Shown: piece after piece, positions 1 through 9,000 of the stretch | Layout: the number at the start of each line of letters is the position of its first letter | Position numbering within the stretch: the first letter of the stretch is position 1 | Source: Candidatus Woesearchaeota archaeon | GTDB taxonomy: Archaea; Nanobdellota; Nanobdellia; Pacearchaeales; GW2011-AR1 | NCBI GenBank assembly: GCA_964652735.1 | Contig: CAZZCD010000002.1 | Span: forward strand, 1-36,683 | DNA length: 36,683 bases | Direction: 5' to 3' | Program-made: the position numbers and the translations under genes | The notes under the pieces: model-generated | Database searches by the model: none | Seen by the model: only the letters and a program-made list of their open reading frames with translations | What the model was told of the DNA's origin: nothing

Positions 1-3000
1 ATTTCAACGGTGCAATTAGTCCTGTTACATTGTTATCATCTAAATAATAATTGCTCCAATCAGCATGGTCAAACCTGCTTGCAGTCATTCTATATGAAAC
101 TTCTCCTGCCTGGGTTCCGTGGATTGTTAAGGTGTTTTTCTCAGGGTTTTTTTCATACCAGACATCTCCATTAAATCCAGGGGTTAATATTATCTGGAGT
201 TTTTCCCAGTTCTCTCCAAAGTCTGTTGTCTGGTAAAATAGCCATAAATCAGAGCCTTTCTCTAGTTTGTCAAATTCAATTGTATAGTTGCTTTTCAGCA
301 TGACACTTCCTGTAACTTCTTCTTTTATCCCAACCATACCAGCCATATATGTTGCATAGTTCGTACCATCAATAGTATAAACAGGGTCAACTGTGCCGAC
401 TGTGATTTTGCTTACTTCGGTGATGGCATTGTTGTTCATATCAAGACCAGCACTAGTAATACGAAATATTTCATCATTACCAGTACTAAATGCCAAGGTA
501 TCAGCTGCATTACCAGGTCTGTATATTCCCGTGTCTCCATCATTTGTAAAAGTATATGCTGGATCACCAGCAGTAGAACTTCCATCTCCAAGCCGTAGTT
601 CATTTGCTATCCTCATATATCCAGCAAAAATAGATTCTCCTGTCCCGCTCACTGTCAAGTCGCCATCTATCTGCAGGTTTCCAGTAGAACCCAGATTCAT
701 CTTCTCAACATTATTAATTAAAAAACCAATATCAACATCTGTATCAAACCTAAGCGCCCAAGCAGCGTCATCATCCAAGAAACCAAATTCTGTACCTGTA
801 GCATATACATAACCATCTGCAACACCATCAGAACCAGCTAACTTAAATCCTGAAGCCGACGACGCACCTTTTACAGTCATTGTATTATAATCCCCAATTA
901 AAGTAGGGGTGGTTATTTCAGGTGAGGTCCCAAATACCCATTTTCCACTTCCTGTTTCATCTGAAACTCGTGTTGCCCAATTAGCAGAAGTTGTTGCAGT
1001 TATCTCTGTGTAATCAATTGCTGTTCCAAGTGTTGCTGCAACTGTTACTTTGTCTGTTGCTGCTCCTGTTGTTGTTATTCCTGTTCCTGCTTCAATTGTT
1101 GCAGTATTTCCACTAGAAATTGTCTGAGGAGTTCCAGAGGTTCCTGCAAGAGTCCAAGAACCATAATTATCAGAAGCTGAATCTGCAGTACAAGTAATTG
1201 TCCCTGCTGCACTTACAGAACTAACTCCTGTATTTGCTCCACAACTGCTTACTTCTAACCAGGCAGCTCCTGCATCTGTAATAGATCCTCCATTAATATC
1301 TAAACTTCCTTCAGCATCTATGTCTCCATCTTCATCAACTTCAAACTTTTGTACTCCCCCAACAGCTAATCCTAATAATGCATAGTCAGCTGTTGCACTA
1401 GCAGGATTAATGTAAACCGGTGCTCCTGAAGCAACTGTAGAAGAAGATAAATCTGTACTTGAAAACTTACCTGTCATTGTTTCATCTTGAGCAAGTGCTA
1501 AATACTGTGGATGGTCATCATCACCCAGACCACCTAAATCATCGTGATCAAAGTCTATCTCTCCAATAGAAATAGCTGTTCCTAATGTTGCTGCAACTGT
1601 TACCTTGTCTGTTGCTGCCCCTGTTGTTGTTATTCCTGTTCCTGCTTCTATTAATGCTGTATTACCCTGTGTAATTGTTTGGCCACTTCCACTAGTTCCT
1701 GCTAATGTGAAACTGCTCATGGTTCCTGTTCCTGTATCTCCTGCACAGTTTATTGTTCCGTCTGATGAGATACTGCTCACATACTGGTCAGCACTGCAAC
1801 CGCCATTGAAGAAGTTTGCTGTATCGTCATAAAGATTCCCGCCTCCTATATCCCAGTTACCATTAGTATAAAGACCAGATCCTGATTGGGATATGTAGTA
1901 ACTAGTCTGGAATGCAGTTCCAGTTCCTGGATAAATAGCTCCTTTAAAGTCAGTGTCATTATCTGTATAGAAAGTTCTGAAATTCTCCTGAACCCGATTG
2001 TTCATACCATAATGAGTGTATCCATTACCAGTGTACCAAATGCTTCCTCTTGCACTGGCCGCTTCTCCAAACTCAATGCCTGCACTGCCTGCGTCATTGC
2101 TCTCAATAAGTATCGTAGGGTCAGCATCATTATCTCCAATTTGTAACAATTCTGTTGGACTCGTCGTCCCTATGCCGACGTTGCCATTAACATATAGGCT
2201 TGCAGTTGAACCTTGGAGATTTGATGACGTGCCAATACCAACCTTCTTGTCAAAAAGGAAATTGCCCCATCCATCCCAGTACATCTTTCCAACTTGTGTA
2301 TCATCAGAGCGACTCGCATTTATTATAACCCTTTCATTATCATCTTCCAAGTGAATGTTTACTTCTTGATTAGCATTACCTAACTGAATATTCCCTGCAA
2401 CATGTAATTTTTCATCAGGGCTTGTCTGCCCGATGCCGACGTTGCCTTTCATATAAATTTCACCTGCCCCTTTAACATACATCAAATCAGACCCATCTTT
2501 ATCTTCAACTATTAAAGTTGTTTCAGTATTGCTATCTCCTGCCCGTATTCTAACACCATTACCAGTAGTAGCGTGAGTATTATCAAAACGTGCTATATAG
2601 TCTGCATTAACCGAATCAACTACATATAACTTATAATTACCAGGATTAGTCGTCCCTATGCCGACGTTTCCTGTTCCTTTTATTATCATAGACTCTTGTT
2701 CCGCAGTGCTATTATAAGTTACAAAATGCATGTCAATTAATGTACCACCAGGAGCGCGGGTATAAATCTTAGCATTATAGCTACCTTGGTTAAATCTTAA
2801 TTCAGTAGTTTCACCTACATCCCATGTAGGATTATGAAGTTCTACAATAGGATTTGATGTATCATAAACCTCCAAATTCGCCCCAGGACTAGTCGTCCCG
2901 ATGCCGACGTTTCCACCTGTTTCTATAACCATTCTTGGATTTGTAGCTAAATCATCTCCGCTTGCAAATGTAAAAGTATTGCTATTTGAATTATCTCTTC

Positions 3001-6000
3001 CAATAGCCCATCCTGCTGCTTGTGTGTCTCTAAATCTTATATCTGAATCACCTGTTCCACCACCATCAATAACTAAAACTGCATTAGCTGCATTTAATAA
3101 TTGCATAGTTCCTTCTCTTACATCTAACTTAGTCGCTGGACTCGTCGTCCCGATGCCGACGTTGCTCGTAATATTATCTATAGCCAAAGCAACTGAACTT
3201 GTCCCATAATTGTAAATCAGTAAATCACCTGAACTTACTGGACGATAAAGTTCCCATTGATAATTTCCATCTTCCATAAAAAAAATGCCTGCTTCTTCAT
3301 TATCAGGTGCATCTAAAAAAAGAAATGCATCTTGAGTAGAACTATTTATTAGTATGCCATCAAGAGCTGTGCTTGTTTCAACAGTTAATTTCTTAGCAGG
3401 GTTAGTTGTTCCGATGCCGACGTTGCCTAAAAAGTAATTATCGTTAGCAGATTCAGTCTGTCTAAAAGTAGCTATATTTGTAAGAGCTCTAGTATTATCA
3501 ATAATAGTAGTCCCATCTATAATAAAACGACTATCTGAACCATTTAACAAAAGGTTTCCTGTTCCTCCTATTTCTAATTGTTTGCTTGGACTCGCCGTCC
3601 CAATGCCGACGTTGCCGTCATTTTGGAATGTTGTTAAAATTGTTGTCCCATACGCTATTTTTATATCATTGCTATCAGCAAATATAGAATATGCATTTGC
3701 TTGACCAGTGTCATCTATAACAAAAGCAGGATTTGCTGAACCTTCAATTTCTAAAAATGTAGATGAACCACCATCTTCTCTTGTTGGACTCGTCGTCCCA
3801 ATGCCAACCTTATCAGTATTACTATCAACAAACAAAACACTTGAATCAACACTAAAGTTATTTGCTCCTAAAACAACATTTTTGAAAGCACCTGTATATG
3901 GAACATAAGTGTCTGAGATGTTTGTATCTTCTGCTCCGTAAATTGTTCCTGTTACATTCAAATCTCCCACAACATTTAATGTGTTTTGTGGGGTTGCTGT
4001 GCCGATGCCGACGTTGCCAGTGGTATACAACTGGTCTGTATATGTATTCTTCCAATATCTAATACTACTACCTAAATCTAAACTACTGTCAGCACTAGGT
4101 TTAAGAACAGCATTAACTTGGACAACACTTGTGGCTGAACCCAAATATAAATCAGAAGCTTTTGTTGTTATCAATGAATATCCTGTTCCATCACCAGAAG
4201 TATCTGTAATTTTTATTCCCCTACTATTTACACTATTAACAACAATGTCCAACTTCGCCGAAGGACTAGTCGTCCCAATGCCAACCTTATCAGTATTACT
4301 ATCAACAAACAAAACACTTGAATCAACACTAAAGTTATTTGCTCCTAAATCAACATTTTTGAAAGCGCCTGTATAAGGCACAAAATCACCTGTAACATTC
4401 ACACCATTAATATATGTATTATGCGCTACAATATCATTTGCAATAAAGTTGTGTGTTCCCTCTATTGCTAAATCATAAACATGTTGTGGCTCGTGAGTTT
4501 TAATTGAAACAATCTTGTCAAAGAAAATATCAGCAGAAACATTTAAATATTTATTACCAGTATCTTTAGTTATGGTTGAAGTTACTATATCAATACCTGG
4601 AAAATTGAAAGAGAAAATGCAAAGAAGTGGCATAGGACTACATGTATTAGTTGAAAGACTAATAAAACAATTAGAAGAAGAGAAAGAAATGATAGATTGG
4701 TCAGTTAAATTGCAAAGAGCTTCTAGGAAAGGTAGGTTTGATGAACTGAAAAGAAGAGGATTAGTATAAATGAAATTTGTAGTTGATACAAATGTGTTAT
4801 TAACATTTTTTTGGGAGGATTCTTTTACTAAAGGAATATTACTTGACCAAGATTTTGAATTCTTTGCCCCAGAATATGCGTTAGAAGAAATCAATGGGCA
4901 TATATCTGAAATATTGCAAAAAACAAACACCTCATTAGAGCAATTCAAAGAACTAAGAAGAGATTTAGCTATCTGTGTTGAATTTATTCCATTAGAAAAA
5001 TATTCAGAATTTCTACAAAAAGTTTCAGATATTTCAGATAAAAAAGATGTTGATTTTATCGCATTAGCACTAAAACTCAAACTTCCTGTCTGGTCTAATG
5101 ACAAACATCTTAAGCAACAATCTTTAGTTAAAATATTCACAACAGAAGAATTAGTTAAATCCTTAGAATCCTCATAATTTCCTAACTTAGGAACAGCAAT
5201 CTCCTCACCTTCTTCTAATTCACTAACTTTAACCCAACCATCCTCTGTTAAATAAGGATGATTCCCAGTTGTGTTAACAGCTCTGCCACTCTCTGTAATC
5301 AACTCATAAATAGGCTTTTCACCCATATCTAATAAAGCTTTGACTTTGTTTGAAACAATCTCACCTGTTTCTTCATCTAAACTCAAAACATATTCACCAG
5401 CTTCAATATCTTTAATCTGCTTCTCTGAACCGTCTGCCATTGAAATCAGGCTGTCTTCTGCAACACACAATCCTGTTACGTTTAAGTCTCCATCAACATT
5501 CAAGGTGTTTTGTGGTGTTGTCGTCCCGATGCCGACGTTTCCACCTTCTAAGATTGTCATCTTCACATCATTACTTGTAGCAAAATATAATGGTTTGGCT
5601 TCTAACACATTAATCATACCATATTCTGCTGCATTATATCCGATATTCATACCATCTGAAATAAGAGCTCCTGTTTCATCTGTTGTAAATTTAATATATG
5701 CCTGACCTAAGCTGTGAATCTGAAGTGGGCGTGTTGGACTCGCCGTCCCGATGCCGACGTTGCCGTTAATCGCTAAAGCCGTACCCGCCGCCAAAGATTG
5801 ATCTGCCACATAGCCAATTACCTGGGCTCCTGATGATTGAACTGCCCAAGTATAAGATGACCCCGAACCAATATGTAACAATCCAAGAGGATTCGTCGTC
5901 CCGATGCCGACGTTGCCGTCTCCTCTTACGAGAAAATAGTTGCTTGAACCTGTTCGGTCTTGAATATAAAATGCTTTATCAGAAGAATTTGTCCCAGCTT

Positions 6001-9000
6001 TTATCCATGGTCCAAAACTCTGACCCGTTGTACTTCCTGCAGTAATTTCAGAAACATAATAATTATCCGCACCTGTCAATTCAAGCGCTCGTTGAGCGGC
6101 TCCTGCTAAGATTTCTACTTTATTACTTGGATTCGTAACTCCAATGCCGACGTTTCCTTCAACAATCAATCCATTAGCAGGAGGTTGTATATTATAATAA
6201 CCTCCTACCGAGAGACCAGAATTACTATGAAGTCCCATACCATACGCACCTTCATAAAATCTCATAAAATTAATGCCGGTAGTATTCACATTTTGTATAA
6301 ATGCTTGCACCCCTCCTGACGCTGAGTTTTCCAATCTTAAAGTAGGGTTATTATCCTTCAAATGAAGTAAGGAAGAAGGACTACTCGTCCCAATCCCAAC
6401 CATATTAGTATTTGAATCAACAAACAAAACACTTGAATCAACACTAAAGTTATTCGCTCCTAAATCAACATTGTAAAGAGCACCTGTATATGGAACATAA
6501 GTGTCTGAAAGATTTGCATCTCCTGCTCCGTATATTGTTCCGGTCACGTTTAAATCTCCAACAACATTCAAAGTGTTTTGTGGTGTTGTTGTGTTAATGC
6601 CGACGTTGCCGCTTCCTATAATAGCCAAAGCATCTCTGAAATCAGTACCATTAGATTGACTTAGATAAAGGTTACCATATATGTCATTACCTTTTGCTAT
6701 AATTTGAGTTGTCCCAAAGGCAGTATTAAATTGTCCCCAAGTATGATAATCATCTCCACCAGTATACCTATAAACCCGTATTCCATCAGTACTTCTATTT
6801 TCAGCACCACTAATTTTATTTAAGGTTAAATGAGCAGGAAGTGTTGAAGCGTCCCCGATGCCGACGTTTCCTCCTTGTTGTATTCTCATTGCCTCTGCAA
6901 CAGTACCACCTTGCTCTACTGCAAAAGCTAAATCACTATCGGTAGAACCTGTATCAATACCTGATATTCTGGCTATATTACCAGAACCTAAATTAAATAA
7001 AAGATTAGCAAATGAGTTAGTAGCACCATCTTCGTTTTGTATCATAATAGTTGCATCTGCTTCCTGACCACTAGAACTACTAGCATCATACGCTGTGGCA
7101 TCATCCTTCCTAACAACTAATAATGATGCTGGTGTTGTCGTCCCGATGCCGACGTTGCCACCTGTTTCAACCGTTACCAATTCCTGACTATTCATAGTAT
7201 TCACAGCCCCGTAAGCAATTTGGAATTTAGTATCATCATTCATACCTAATTTCCATGAATTAGCTTCTGCTGCTCCACCGCCAACTTCATAATAAATTTC
7301 ACCTGCTGCACTTTTTCCTCTAACTTCTATGGAAACATCTGCTGCATTTGTAAATGATGCTAATTGCTCATTATCTCCTGTAACTTCTAAAACATGCCCA
7401 GGTGTCGCCGTCCCGATGCCGACCCTATCAGTATTACTATCAACAAACAAAACACTTGAATCAACACTAAAATTATTTGCTCCTAAATCAACATTTTTTG
7501 TTGCACCTGTGTAAGGCACAAAATCCCCTGTAACATTCACACCATTAATATATGTATTATGAGCAACAATGTCATTTGCAATAAAGTTGTGTGTGTTTTC
7601 TATTGCAAGGTCATAAACATGCTGTGCTGGGTGTTGTTCTATTGAAGTTATTTTTTCCCATTTTATTATGTTTTGCCCATAATCAGGCACTGCTATTTCC
7701 ATTCCTTCTTCTAAATAAATTACTTTAAGCCACTCTACACCATCAGAAAGTTTTAAATATTCCTTGTTACTATTTTTATTTATGGCTGAATTAATAACTT
7801 CCCCTGAAACTGAATTAGATTTTAAATTAATGTCTAAAGCTGTAGTTCGATTAATGAAACAAGACATATCTGTAAGATTTAAACAAACAAGAGAAATAAC
7901 TGATGAAGATTGGGAATTTTGTGAGCAAATTAATTGGCATCCTGTTGATGAACTACCTATGAAAGAAGAATTTGTTAAAGAACTAAGAAAAAGAGAAAAA
8001 GGTCCGTTCATTAAATTTAATTCTGTGGATGAACTATTTAAAAAATGAGTTATACTCAAATTATTCATCCCAAATGTCAAAGAGAAATTAATAAGGTCTG
8101 TAGAAAAAATCCTATTCTTGAAAAAGTCCTTAGAAAAAAGATGGATGAAATCATCCAAAACCCCGGTCACTATAAATCTCTCAGACATGAGCTTGCTGGA
8201 GAAAGAAGAGTTCACATCCTCAAAAGTTTTATCCTCAAATTCAAAATTGATGAAGTCAACAAAATAGTTATGTTCCTCGCCTTCAGGCACCACGACAAAG
8301 CCTACTGATTTTTCCCCTAATTTTTCCTCAGAAGATAATTTAACCAAATAAGGATGATTTCCTGTTGTATTAATGCTTCTACCAGATTCTGTGGTTAACT
8401 CATAAATAGGCTTTTCACCCATATCTAATAATGCTAACACTTCATTAGAAACAATGTCTCCTGTTTCTTCATCTAAACTTAAAACACGCTCTCCCATTTG
8501 AACATCTTTAATCTCTTTTTTAGTTCCATCTGCCATTGAAATCAGAGAGTCTTCTGCAACACACAATCCTGTGACATTCAAATCTCCATCAACATTCAAT
8601 GTGTTTTGTGGTGTTGATGTGTTGATGCCGACGTTGCCGTCATTTTGAATCCTGACCCGTTCGTTCCCAGCCGCTTGACCTCCAGAATAAAATCGTATAT
8701 TACCAGAAGTATGACGTGCTATGATACTCAAACCCCCACTTAAATCTCCATCTGCTTCAATTGCTGCACCATCTTGCAGATATGCCCCAATAGGAGTATA
8801 TGCACTACCAAATGTAAAGAGATTCAACCAACCGCCATCGGCTTGAATTGAAGCTAGAGAACGTGAGTTGTTAGTTGGTTCTTTTACATAGAGGTCACCA
8901 TCATAAACTTCCAACTTCGCCGAAGGACTCGCCGTCCCAATTCCGACGTTACCACCTTCTAAAATAACCATATGCTCAGCTAATGTTCCAGTTCCTATAT

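Larger units (their letters stand above)
4418..5467 (-). mobile_element. Intein 2 (350 codons): Hint lobes 5177-5467 and 4418-4528, with a 648-nt insert that is antisense to a VapBC operon
   Basis: Minus-strand translation gives NVTGL / CVAEDSLISMADGSEKQIKDI...GRAVNTTGNHPYLTEDGWVKVSELEEGEEIAVPKLGN ... IFFDKIVSIKTHEPQHVYDLAIEGTHNFIANDIVAHN / TYINGVNVTG. Cys1 is at 5465-5467, the terminal Asn at 4418-4420 and the +1 Thr at 4415-4417. There are 13 differences from intein 1 in the first 73 residues. Confidence 0.85.
3811..7513 (-). repeat. Four near-identical 88-nt cassettes (3811-3898, 4288-4375, 6403-6490, 7426-7513)
   Basis: The shared core is ...CAACAAACAAAACACTTGAATCAACACTAAAGTTATT(T/C)GCTCCTAAA... 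It encodes YTGA..N V(D/V)LGANNFSVDSSVLFVDSNT. Each copy lies directly downstream (in protein sense) of an intein or of an intein-free NVTG/T junction. Confidence 0.85.
7556..8563 (-). mobile_element. Intein 1 (336 codons): Hint splicing lobes 8342-8563 and 7556-7747, with a 594-nt insert that is antisense to a RelE-type TA operon
   Basis: Minus-strand translation gives NVTGL / CVAEDSLISMADGTKKEIKDV...GRSINTTGNHPYLV ... SDGVEWLKVIYLEEGMEIAVPD...QHVYDLAIENTHNFIANDIVAHN / TYINGVNVTG. The Cys1 codon is at 8561-8563, the terminal Asn at 7556-7558 and the +1 Thr at 7553-7555. All are in phase with the host ORF. Confidence 0.85.

Noticed and set aside
3858-4055. Minus-strand 65-aa ORF
   Set aside because: It is out of phase with the giant frame (0 mod 3 versus 2 mod 3). 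It is Arg/Cys/His-rich and has no independent support.
4515-4571. Track start codons TTG 4515 and TTG 7764 for the two embedded antitoxins
   Set aside because: ATG 4572 and ATG 7782 each lie exactly 30 nt from a TTTAAATA box. The upstream extensions overlap the box or the intein C-lobe and add hydrophobic junk.
4515-8308. The possibility that the four TA ORFs are just more antisense shadow ORFs of the giant gene
   Set aside because: Unlike the other shadows they have recognisable PIN and RelE signatures and classic antitoxin-toxin order with ATGA or TAA-ATG coupling. They have matching TATA boxes at -30. They sit precisely in the non-conserved insert of each intein, where the minus-strand translation is low-complexity. 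Profile searches are still needed.
7748-8341. A hidden homing-endonuclease domain in the intein inserts (this range, and 4529-5176 in intein 2)
   Set aside because: The minus-strand translation of both inserts is Ser/Leu/Asn/Phe-rich low complexity. It has no LAGLIDADG, HNH or GIY-YIG motif.
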